Shown piece after piece: positions 27,859 to 35,387 of a stretch of DNA of 64,000 bases; position 1 is the stretch's first letter, and every line of letters starts with the position of its first letter. The stretch comes from a virus. A model generated the notes under the pieces. It had not been told where the DNA came from and did no database searches. It worked only from the letters and a program-made list of their open reading frames with translations. Where the stretch lies: IMG/VR virus record IMGVR_UViG_2799112719_000001, one strand, 5' to 3'. Made by a program: the position numbers and the translations under genes.

Positions 27859-27886
27859 GGCCGAGGGTTTGACCTCGGCTTTTTTA
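27859..27886 (+). terminator. Intrinsic terminator ending the late operon
   Basis: GGCCGAGG (27859-27866) pairs with CCTCGGC (27873-27879), then TTTTTT. Confidence 0.8.
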
Positions 27887-27911
27887 CGTTCTTTTTCGTC
27901 TATTTCTAAAA

Positions 27912-27960
27912 TAATTTTGTTTTTTCTTGCATATTTCCCATAAAATTTTTACCTTTGCAC
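27912..27960 (+). promoter_or_regulatory. Bacteroidota-type promoter
   Basis: TTTTG upstream element and a -7 box TACCTTTG at 27950-27957. Confidence 0.55.
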
Positions 27961-27986
27961 CATAATTGAATAAAAAAGTATCTCCT

Positions 27987-28367
27987 ATGTCAGTAAAGAA
28001 ACAAGAATCAAAGGGTAAACTTATTACGAAAGACAAAGAACTGACTCCCGCCTGGTATGTTGCCAAGCGTGTGCTCAACGTCCACAACGTGACCTATAAT
28101 GATATGGCTGAAAAGCTGGGTGTGAGCGTCACCACCGTTCACGATCTCTGTAACTATGCCCCCAATATTGTGCGTGTGAAGCAGATGGCCGATGCTCTCG
28201 GTGTCTCATTCTTCGATTTCTTCGACTTCACGCAGGAGGGCAAAGAGGCCGCTGTGCCTGATGCTAACCTCAATGGTCCCACCGTCCCCTGCTCAAAGGC
28301 TATCATCACCTGTCCTCATTGTGGTGAAACGCTCATCACCTCCCTCTCCCTCTTCCCGAAGTCATAA
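27987..28367 (+). CDS. XRE-family HTH regulator with a C-terminal CxxC zinc-ribbon-like tail
   Basis: MAEKLGVSVTTVHDLCN helix-turn-helix and C-terminal CPHCGE. The N-terminal half resembles the repressor at 61963..62721. Confidence 0.65.
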   Translation: MSVKKQESKGKLITKDKELTPAWYVAKRVLNVHNVTYNDMAEKLGVSVTTVHDLCNYAPNIVRVKQMADALGVSFFDFFDFTQEGKEAAVPDANLNGPTVPCSKAIITCPHCGETLITSLSLFPKS

Positions 28368-28411
28368 TTTCATTGCTTCATTATTTCATTAACTCATAAA
28401 TTCATAAATAT

Positions 28412-28915
28412 ATGAAGAAACTAATTATCTCCTTTCTCCTGATGGCTATTTGCTGTCTCTCTGCATCCGCACAGGTGGAGTTCTCGAAGTTCAAACTGAG
28501 TAAGGATGAGCCATTCGGTGCTTTCCCTGGGCGTAAGATGCTGAACACGAAATTCAAAGTCACTGCTGACCGTGACCTGAAGTATTTGCTCGTTGACTAT
28601 TATATCGTGAATGCTGTTGGTGATGTGATCTCAGGCGCAACAGAGGGTTTCAAGAATGATACACTGGAGTACATCAAACCCAAACGCATGGAGTGTACTG
28701 GTCCTTTCAAGGCTGGTAAGTCGTTTTCTCCTTGGGTTAGTGGTGTTGTCACCTACCCCAACAAAGAAATCACGGCATTCCCGTTCCAGATACAGGTCAT
28801 GTATATGGGCACCGAAGAGTGGATAACGATTCCCATCACAAAAGAAAACCTTGCTACCTATTTCCCATGCCTGCAATGGATGGAGTATAGCCGTAAGAAC
28901 AAAAAGATACTATAA
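28412..28915 (+). CDS. Secreted protein (167 aa)
   Basis: Signal peptide MKKLIISFLLMAICCLSASA|Q (AxA cleavage site). Confidence 0.7.
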   Translation: MKKLIISFLLMAICCLSASAQVEFSKFKLSKDEPFGAFPGRKMLNTKFKVTADRDLKYLLVDYYIVNAVGDVISGATEGFKNDTLEYIKPKRMECTGPFKAGKSFSPWVSGVVTYPNKEITAFPFQIQVMYMGTEEWITIPITKENLATYFPCLQWMEYSRKNKKIL

Positions 28916-28980
28916 CCACATAATTTCTCACCGCATACTATGTGTATGCACATGAATCTTCTTTTCTTCCATGTAGCCAG

Positions 28981-29010
28981 CCCAGCAGCCACGAACTGCT
29001 GGGTTTTCTT
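28981..29010 (+). terminator. Intrinsic terminator
   Basis: CCCAGCAG (28981-28988) pairs with CTGCTGGG (28996-29003), then TTTTCTTT. Confidence 0.7.
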
Positions 29011-29011
29011 T

Positions 29012-29044
29012 GGGGTAAAACTTCGTAACCATTACCCCTAAACC
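29012..29044. repeat. Inverted pair of Rep-iteron copies
   Basis: GGGGTAAAACTTCGTAACC is identical to the core of iteron 3 at 44275-44293. It is followed by the inverted half ATTACCCCTAAACC. Confidence 0.7.
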
Positions 29045-29052
29045 ATCAAGTT

Positions 29053-29098
29053 TTATACCTCTCTATACTTTTCTATACCTGAGTCCTATACCTTTCTA
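29053..29098. repeat. Array of four (C)TATAC(C/T)T direct repeats with 10-13 bp period
   Basis: TTATACCT, CTATACTT, CTATACCT, CTATACCT. A fifth copy lies near 29350. Confidence 0.6.
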
Positions 29099-29556
29099 TT
29101 TTCATTGGGGTTTTGGGAAGATCCCAAATGTTTCCCCAATTCATAGGTCAATCCCAAATGACCTAAACCAAAATACCAACCTTTGTACCAAAATACTAAC
29201 CCTCATAATCAAAAATACCAAGGTTTGTACCAACCTTTGTATCAACTATTGCTTTGTTTCATCAGTTCATATCCTCATTATTTCATCTTTTCATCAGTCC
29301 ATTATTTAATGAATTGATGAAATAATGAATTTTTATTTTTCTCCGCTTTTCTATACTTAATGTTTTGAAAATTAGCAGGTTGCAAAACGGGCACTCCGAA
29401 AGTAGGGTTCCCAAAAATATTCGCAATTTACTGATTTTCAGAGGTACGGCCCAAGAAAAACACCCCTAAACTCACGCGAGACTCGCCGCCACAGTGGAGC
29501 GCAACCTCCACCCCCTACCCCCTGGAGCCGGTGAAATATGCCGGCGGGGTGTGAAG

Positions 29557-29890
29557 CGGTGCCCAGGGTGCCCGCGCTGGTGCGAAGCGGTGACAGTTCC
29601 AGCCAGATCGAGAGCCAGAGACCAGGCGCGAGGGGTCGGCCTGTTATCAGCTGTGTCCGGTGGGCTGCTGGTGTGCTGTCGCTCATCGGTGCGAGATCAT
29701 GCGCCCGCGCTGCTGGTGCTCTTCATGCCTGAAGGGTGCCCAGGGTGCCCGCGCTGGTGCTCACTGTTGCCAGCGGTGGCCGGTGTGCTGGTGCTCATCG
29801 GTGCGAGATCATGCGCCCGCGCTGCTGGTGCTTTTCATGCCTGAAGGGTGCCAGGGGTGCCCGCGCTGGTGCTCCCTGAGTGCCGCCGGC
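29557..29890. repeat. GC-rich tandem repeat: two full 112-bp units plus one partial unit
   Basis: GCTCATCGGTGCGAGATCATGCGCCCGCGCTGCTGGTGCT starts at 29681 and again at 29793. GGGTGCC(C)AGGGTGCCCGCGCTGGTGC occurs at 29557, 29734 and 29846. Confidence 0.8.
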
Positions 29891-29940
29891 TATATTATAT
29901 ATAATGTGTAAACGGCAAAAAATAAGCGAAAACAAAAAAT

Positions 29941-30059
29941 TTTCAAGAAAAAACGAAATTTTTTCGCTTTTTGTTTGGTGGTTTCAAATATTCTTTGTAC
30001 CTTTGCACCAGATAATTAAATAATAACCGCCTCCAGAGAGGCACAAAACATTTAAAGAT
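29941..30059 (+). promoter_or_regulatory. Early promoter/leader copy 1
   Basis: TTTTTTCGCTTTTT block, TTTGGTGGTTTCAAATATTCTTTG, a -7 box TACCTTTG at 29998-30005, leader hairpin GCCTC-CAGA-GAGGC at 30029-30042, then ACAAAACA. Confidence 0.65.
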
Positions 30060-30410
30060 ATGATTAAAACATCGCTTTTCTTTTCGCTCATGGAGATTGC
30101 AGCAGCAAACCCAGCAGGCTTTACAGTTGACGCAAACACCTTGCAACCAATTAACAAAGGTTACGCCGTCGCAGTCGCAGAGACTCAAAACAGCTTTGGC
30201 GATTATGGTCTTTTAAAGGTCATCGAGCACCAGAGCACACACCCCGCAACCGTCCAGGCGTTTGGCGGTTGGCTTGACAGCAAAAGCAACCAATTTTATT
30301 TTGATTGTACCATCATTTGCAGCGATTTAGAGACAGCCAAGGAGCTTGGCCGCCGTAATAATCAGCTCGCGATCTTCGACCTCGAAAACTTGGAAGAAAT
30401 CAGGCTTTAA
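30060..30410 (+). CDS. Hypothetical early protein (116 aa)
   Basis: First ORF after early promoter copy 1. Confidence 0.65.
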   Translation: MIKTSLFFSLMEIAAANPAGFTVDANTLQPINKGYAVAVAETQNSFGDYGLLKVIEHQSTHPATVQAFGGWLDSKSNQFYFDCTIICSDLETAKELGRRNNQLAIFDLENLEEIRL

Positions 30411-30467
30411 AGCCTGGTTTCTCTCCCGCTTAGATAATAGAGTAATAACCCGCTAAAATATCCCGCT

Positions 30468-30677
30468 ATGATTATAGAAATAGATTATAAACGCGCAAAT
30501 CTGGACTTTAGAAAAGCCCTGGCCGCTTCTCTCGGTGTTGCCGCTTCTCGTATTGAGGTCTTAGTGACTCCCGCAAAGTCTTTGATACCTTTTTGTGCTG
30601 ACTGGCGCACCGTTGCCAGCTGTGCGGATGCTGTCGCAAAGGTTGACGGCGAATTATTACAGTTAAATATCATCTAA
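30468..30677 (+). CDS. Hypothetical small protein (69 aa)
   Basis: ORF in operon orientation. An antisense ORF of similar length makes this less certain. Confidence 0.45.
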   Translation: MIIEIDYKRANLDFRKALAASLGVAASRIEVLVTPAKSLIPFCADWRTVASCADAVAKVDGELLQLNII

Positions 30678-30690
30678 TAAATGCAAAGTT

Positions 30691-30864
30691 ATGAATAAGA
30701 CAGAAAACACCCCCGCGAACATTTACGCCCAATTTGGCCCCCTCGGTCTTTTCTTCCGACTGGTTGACAGATACCCCCGTATTTCTTCCGCTATCCTCTG
30801 GGCTTTCTCCCTCTGGGCTGTCGCTTACATCTTTTTAAATTATCGCTTTACAACTTATTTATAA
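30691..30864 (+). CDS. Small membrane protein (57 aa), below the ORF-track cutoff
   Basis: MNKTENTPANIY...ILWAFSLWAVAYIFL has one hydrophobic helix. Its N-terminus resembles that of the next ORF (MNTSVNTPANV). Confidence 0.4.
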   Translation: MNKTENTPANIYAQFGPLGLFFRLVDRYPRISSAILWAFSLWAVAYIFLNYRFTTYL

Positions 30865-30916
30865 ATCGCTCTTTATAGCATCCCCAAATTATCACCAACT
30901 TTTAAAATTTTGAATT

Positions 30917-33900
30917 ATGAATACTTCAGTAAATACCCCCGCAAACGTGAACACAAACCGAGTAAATAACACCGCCGCCAAGATCGAGGACTTTGGCCAG
31001 AAGATAGGAGGCGCAAGAAAAGACTATTATGCCGAGTGGCGCGAGTTTTCCGAGCGTCTGGCCGGTGTCTCTGTCGATGCCCTGAAAAAATCCGCGCTTT
31101 CTAAGCTGGTGAACCTTCCCGACCTCGCCCGCCTGTTTGCGTCTGGTGCCATCACTGCCGACGCTGCCCGCGCTATTTGGACGCTCTGGCGGTCTGTCGA
31201 TCATCGCCCTGGCCTGGGCTATCGTTTGAACCGATGGGCAGAAGAGACAGCCGCAAAGGTGGCCCAGATCGCCGCAATCATGGCCGGCGAAGAGGTGCCC
31301 GCCAAGCTGCGCGAAAAAACCGATTACCAGGTAATGACCGCCGCAAACTGGCCCGCACAGCCGTTCAGCTTTGGCCGCTTCTCTGTCGAGCGTCCCGACT
31401 GGTTCAGTAGTGAGTGGCGAGTGGTAGCCGGTAGCCGCTATTATAGCCGCTGTGCGAAATTAGAGGAAGTGCCCGCCGCCATCGCTGAAGCCATCGCCAA
31501 AGACTCAGAAGAGCGAGCAAAAGGCCCCGCCCTGGCTGTTTATGTGACACGCGCCGGACAGTATTTTGTGGCCGTTAAAGGTAAGCCGGAAATCTGTTTG
31601 AAAAAGTTTGATGACAGAGCCGCCGCGTACACTGCCGCCCGTGAGGATCGCGCCGCCCTCATTGAGAGATACAACAACCTGCGCACCGTTCCCGCGCTAC
31701 GTCGTGACTGGAACCGCCCCCGCTTGGGTGAGGACTGGCGCAAAGGTGAGAATATGACCCCCGAAGCATTCGCCGCCGCTCTTCCCTTCCGTGGTGTCGA
31801 GTTTGGCAACTGGGTGAACCAGACAGAACGCGCCGCCCTTCTTAACTCAGCTTTTGACGGTTTCCACGATCTCGCCGCCGTCTGGGGCATGAAGCCCGAA
31901 GAAATGACCCTTTGCGGCTCTCTGGCTTTTGCTTTTGCCTCTCGTGGTATTCCTGGAGCAATGGCCCATTATGAGAGCGGCCACGAGGTTATAAATTTAA
32001 CCAAGAAAAGCGGGGCCGGCTGCATGGCTCACGAGTGGTTCCACGCTGCCGACTGGTTCGCAGGCAATGGCCACGCCCAGACAGAGCACCCAACAGACAG
32101 CGACGCAGGCCGCGCCGCTTCTGCCCTGGTTGCTGCCATCAAGAAAACCGACTTTTATAGACGGTCGCAGGAATTAGTGACCTATAGCCCGAAGGGTTCC
32201 TATTGGGTGGAAAATTGCGAGCTTGCCGCCCGTGGTTTTGAAGGTGTTATGCTGGTTTTGTTGGATGCTGCCGGCATCTGTTCCGACTTCCTGGTAAATG
32301 TGAATAGCTGGGACGCTTTCACGGCTGCCGATGTCGAGCACCGCTCCAGCATTTACCCCTATCCGTCAGCCGCTGAAGCTGCCGAGCTGCTGCCCTATTA
32401 TCTGGACTTTTTCCGCGCTGTCTTCGGTGCTCATGTTCAGGTATGCGCCGCCGCTCTGATGGCCGCAGAGCAGGCCACAGAGAAAGCCAACCAGGAGCGA
32501 GCAATAACAGCCGCTAAACGTGAGCGCGAGGCCGCAGAGAAGAAAGCAGCCGAGGAAGCCGAGAGACAGGCCCGCGAGCAGGAGCAACAGAGACAGGAGG
32601 CCGAGCGCGAGGCCAAGGCCGCAGAGATCGCCGCCGTGCTGTCCGATATTCCAGGAGTAACCGCCGCCCGTCGTATGGCTTGCAATGGTGGTGCCCTTGC
32701 TGTGTGTGCTTTATGGGATGCCCAAATTATCACCGTTTTTGCAACTGCCGCAGAAGCTAAGACGATGACCGCCCAGGAGATCGCCGCCCGCGTCTCTGTC
32801 CTGCAATATAAGCGCAAGCCAGCCCGCACAAAAAACCCGATGATCCACGCCCGCGCCCACTCTGTCGAGTTCTGCAAATGGGATGCCGCCGAGTTCCTGG
32901 AGTGGATTGCCAACGGTGCCGGCCTGTCGCGCTTTGCTTGGGAGTTCGCAGAATTGGCCGCCAAGTATGGCCGCCAGCCTGCCGACTTCAGAGCAGAAGC
33001 CGAGAAGATGGCCGCCGACCTTGAAAGCCTGAAGGCTGCACAGGCCCAGAAATGGGCACAGGAGAGCGAGCAGGCCACCGAGCAGACCAACACCAAGGCC
33101 GAGCCGAGAAAAGCCAGCAGAAGCGACGAAAACGCCGCGCCCGCTGAGTGCTTGCAACTGGTCGAGATTGCCAACGGTGTGGCCGTCATTCCTGCCGATG
33201 GTTACGACTACCGCGCTACCCTGTTTAATCGCCGCCAGATTAAGGCGCACGGCTGCCGCTGGAATAAAGACAGCCAGCAATGGGAAGCCACCGCCGTCGC
33301 TGATGTTGCCAACGTCCGCGCATGGTTCGCACAGTCTGCCCCCGCTGCCGATGAGCAGCAGGAGCAGACCCAGGAGCCAGCAGCCGCCGCACCCGTTGCA
33401 GAGACCACCGAGGCCGCGCCTGTTATAGAGTCTGCGAAAAATCAGGCTCCCACCCTCCCCGACTGGCTCCACGTTGGCGCAATGGTCGAGACGATGCCCC
33501 GCACGATGTTAGACTCTCGCTGCCGTCCTGTCGAGGTGCCTGCCGAGGTGCTGAAGGTGACAGCCATCACCGATGAATGGGTAGAAATGCAGAACGAGAA
33601 GAGCTGCGAGAGCGTCAGAATAGAAAATGCGGTTATGTCCCTGCGTCCCTATTATAGTGAGAGTGAGAAATTAGAGCTTTTAGAGTCTGCACTTGCTGCC
33701 GATGAGCAGCAGGAGCAACTCCAGGAGCAGCAGCCGGAACCGTCTCAGGAAAAGCCCGCCCGCGTCTGTCTCTATGACATTGCAACCAATCAGCGCACCC
33801 CAGAATGGCGCACGAGTTTTGCAGACATGCAGATCGCCCAGGAGTGGCTACAACGCGCCATGAATGGCACAGGAGCACTGGCCGCCGATGCTGTTGACGT

Positions 33901-34375
33901 TATAGACGTTAATCCCTATTGGGGTGTATATTATAGCCATAGAAATAAAGAATATATATGTCTGTTTCTTGTGGCTGAGAATGAGAAGCCGGAATATCGC
34001 GCCGAGGAATTGCGCCACAGGCTTACAGAAGGCCGTGAGCGTCATATCTGTGCCCGACTGGAGAAAGCTATCACAGAGGCAACAGAAAGCGGCCACGCCT
34101 ATATTATAGAGGTCGATGGAGATTGCAGTCGCTTAGTGATTGAGCCAGACCCACGCCACCCCAACGCCCTGCGCTGGACGTGGTACGAGGGTGCCGAAGT
34201 CGATGAGCGACACACCGAGCAGACAGCCGCGCAATGTGCCTCTATTGCCTACACATTCCGCGAGGGTCACGCCTTAGAGTTAGGACTCCAGACCACCACG
34301 CCCAAGGCCGTGAACTTTGCCGACTACTCAGATCTGCCGGTCGTGCCACTTCAAAAAGTGGCCGCCGCTGGCTGA
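30917..34375 (+). CDS. Large polyvalent-type protein with a zincin-like HExxH metallopeptidase module (1152 aa)
   Basis: RGVEFGNWVNQTERAALL...AMAHYESGHEVINLTKKSGAGCMAHEWFHAADW (HExxH), then an Ala/Glu-rich coiled coil. About two-thirds GC in sampled lines. Confidence 0.6.
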   Translation: MNTSVNTPANVNTNRVNNTAAKIEDFGQKIGGARKDYYAEWREFSERLAGVSVDALKKSALSKLVNLPDLARLFASGAITADAARAIWTLWRSVDHRPGLGYRLNRWAEETAAKVAQIAAIMAGEEVPAKLREKTDYQVMTAANWPAQPFSFGRFSVERPDWFSSEWRVVAGSRYYSRCAKLEEVPAAIAEAIAKDSEERAKGPALAVYVTRAGQYFVAVKGKPEICLKKFDDRAAAYTAAREDRAALIERYNNLRTVPALRRDWNRPRLGEDWRKGENMTPEAFAAALPFRGVEFGNWVNQTERAALLNSAFDGFHDLAAVWGMKPEEMTLCGSLAFAFASRGIPGAMAHYESGHEVINLTKKSGAGCMAHEWFHAADWFAGNGHAQTEHPTDSDAGRAASALVAAIKKTDFYRRSQELVTYSPKGSYWVENCELAARGFEGVMLVLLDAAGICSDFLVNVNSWDAFTAADVEHRSSIYPYPSAAEAAELLPYYLDFFRAVFGAHVQVCAAALMAAEQATEKANQERAITAAKREREAAEKKAAEEAERQAREQEQQRQEAEREAKAAEIAAVLSDIPGVTAARRMACNGGALAVCALWDAQIITVFATAAEAKTMTAQEIAARVSVLQYKRKPARTKNPMIHARAHSVEFCKWDAAEFLEWIANGAGLSRFAWEFAELAAKYGRQPADFRAEAEKMAADLESLKAAQAQKWAQESEQATEQTNTKAEPRKASRSDENAAPAECLQLVEIANGVAVIPADGYDYRATLFNRRQIKAHGCRWNKDSQQWEATAVADVANVRAWFAQSAPAADEQQEQTQEPAAAAPVAETTEAAPVIESAKNQAPTLPDWLHVGAMVETMPRTMLDSRCRPVEVPAEVLKVTAITDEWVEMQNEKSCESVRIENAVMSLRPYYSESEKLELLESALAADEQQEQLQEQQPEPSQEKPARVCLYDIATNQRTPEWRTSFADMQIAQEWLQRAMNGTGALAADAVDVIDVNPYWGVYYSHRNKEYICLFLVAENEKPEYRAEELRHRLTEGRERHICARLEKAITEATESGHAYIIEVDGDCSRLVIEPDPRHPNALRWTWYEGAEVDERHTEQTAAQCASIAYTFREGHALELGLQTTTPKAVNFADYSDLPVVPLQKVAAAG

Positions 34376-34394
34376 CTCTTTCAGGGTGGGGCCT

Positions 34395-34435
34395 GTGACC
34401 GATCAAGTGCCAACGGCCTCCTACCACAGCGGCAC
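34395..34435 (+). repeat. Conserved roughly 41-nt post-gene element, copy a
   Basis: GTGACCGATCAAGTGCCAACGGCCTCCTACCACAGCGGCAC shares a 21-nt identical core with 36913-36954. It is enclosed by AGGGTGGGGC/GCCCCACCCT arms (34383-34446). Confidence 0.65.
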
Positions 34436-34502
34436 CGCCCCACCCTCTTTATAGAACATCTGAAAATTCACAGTTTTCATAAATTCATAAATTCATTAAG
34501 TC

Positions 34503-34748
34503 ATGGTTATCATTAATGGTCATAAGCTCTATGAGGTGCCTTCATCGTGTGGAACATGCCCGTTCCTTCTGACTGGCAACACCGATTGCCCTGGTGTAGG
34601 TTCTGGATATAGCAAAGGCATTTGCCTCCAGTGGGATGAAACACACCACACCTGGGCACACATCCCCAGACGTTGTGAAAAGCTCTTCAAGCAGGCTTTT
34701 GCCCTATACGATGACAGCGGCATGGATTTAGTAATCACTAAGAAATAA
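34503..34748 (+). CDS. Cys-rich small protein (81 aa)
   Basis: SSCGTCPF...DCPG...GICLQ...RRCEK. Preceded by the TTCATAAATTCATAAATTCATTAAG element. Confidence 0.6.
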   Translation: MVIINGHKLYEVPSSCGTCPFLLTGNTDCPGVGSGYSKGICLQWDETHHTWAHIPRRCEKLFKQAFALYDDSGMDLVITKK

Positions 34749-34794
34749 TAATTTTTATTAACCGAGCTGCAAGGCTCACTAAACATTAAGTAAT

Positions 34795-35028
34795 ATGATA
34801 CTACGAATTATTAACGAATGGAAAGATGGCACTCGTCAAGAATCAGCAGATAACTATGGTGTATCTACTGGACGCTATAAGTTGGCATGTATGACTACAT
34901 CGGCTAAGACTTACCACCCTGATACCTTCAAGAATATCGAACGTGGTTTCCAGTATGTAAGTAACAATCCCTATAAATACAAGAATCCATGTACTACTAC
35001 TGTAACACTCGAAAGAGGTTGGGTATAG
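34795..35028 (+). CDS. Hypothetical small protein (77 aa)
   Basis: ORF in operon orientation. Confidence 0.55.
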   Translation: MILRIINEWKDGTRQESADNYGVSTGRYKLACMTTSAKTYHPDTFKNIERGFQYVSNNPYKYKNPCTTTVTLERGWV

Positions 35029-35059
35029 ACATTTTATAAATTCATTAATTCATTAAGTT

Positions 35060-35335
35060 ATGACAACGAGCGAAGTTTTTGGTTTGATCAAGCGACTTTA
35101 TTCAGGTTGTGGCATTGCCGAGCCAGTTGTGCGCCATGAGCATACGAATCGTTTTGGCGATACGTTGGTAGAAGTTGAGCACCCCTATCGCAGTAAGTAT
35201 CTCCAGATAGTCTATAATGGTGAGCAGATAAAAGGCCCTATCCTTGACTGTTGGATAAATCCTAACTATCTGTGTCGTTACAACTCTTCCAGTGAGATAG
35301 CAAACATTGAGCAGCTTCAGAAGTGGGCTGCATAA
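35060..35335 (+). CDS. Hypothetical small protein (91 aa)
   Basis: Preceded by the TTCATTAATTCATTAAG element. Confidence 0.6.
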   Translation: MTTSEVFGLIKRLYSGCGIAEPVVRHEHTNRFGDTLVEVEHPYRSKYLQIVYNGEQIKGPILDCWINPNYLCRYNSSSEIANIEQLQKWAA

Positions 35336-35387
35336 ACTCACCACTTCATTAATTCATCAAGTTATTAATTCATTAAAATATAAGATT

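Noticed and set aside
29438-29911. Four ORFs (29438..29686 on the minus strand; 29494..29844, 29538..29732 and 29660..29911 on the plus strand), plus a possible CRISPR array, in the GC-rich repeat block.
   Set aside because: The ORFs are created by the tandem repeats and the high GC, and they overlap in several frames. The repeats are 112 bp and contiguous with no unique spacers, so this is not a CRISPR array.
28920-30059. tRNA or other structured RNA genes in the large non-coding regions (also 34376-34502, 36906-37176, 61805-61962).
   Set aside because: No cloverleaf-compatible arms or conserved T-loop (GTTCRANYC) were seen by eye. A proper tRNAscan or Infernal run is still needed.
32319-33878. 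Long antisense and alternate-frame ORFs inside the 1152-aa gene (for example 32437..33189 and 32711..33472 on the minus strand).
   Set aside because: These are typical stop-poor shadow frames of a roughly 65% GC gene. They are Ala/Arg/Ser-rich low-complexity translations. The plus-strand frame carries the recognisable HExxH module.
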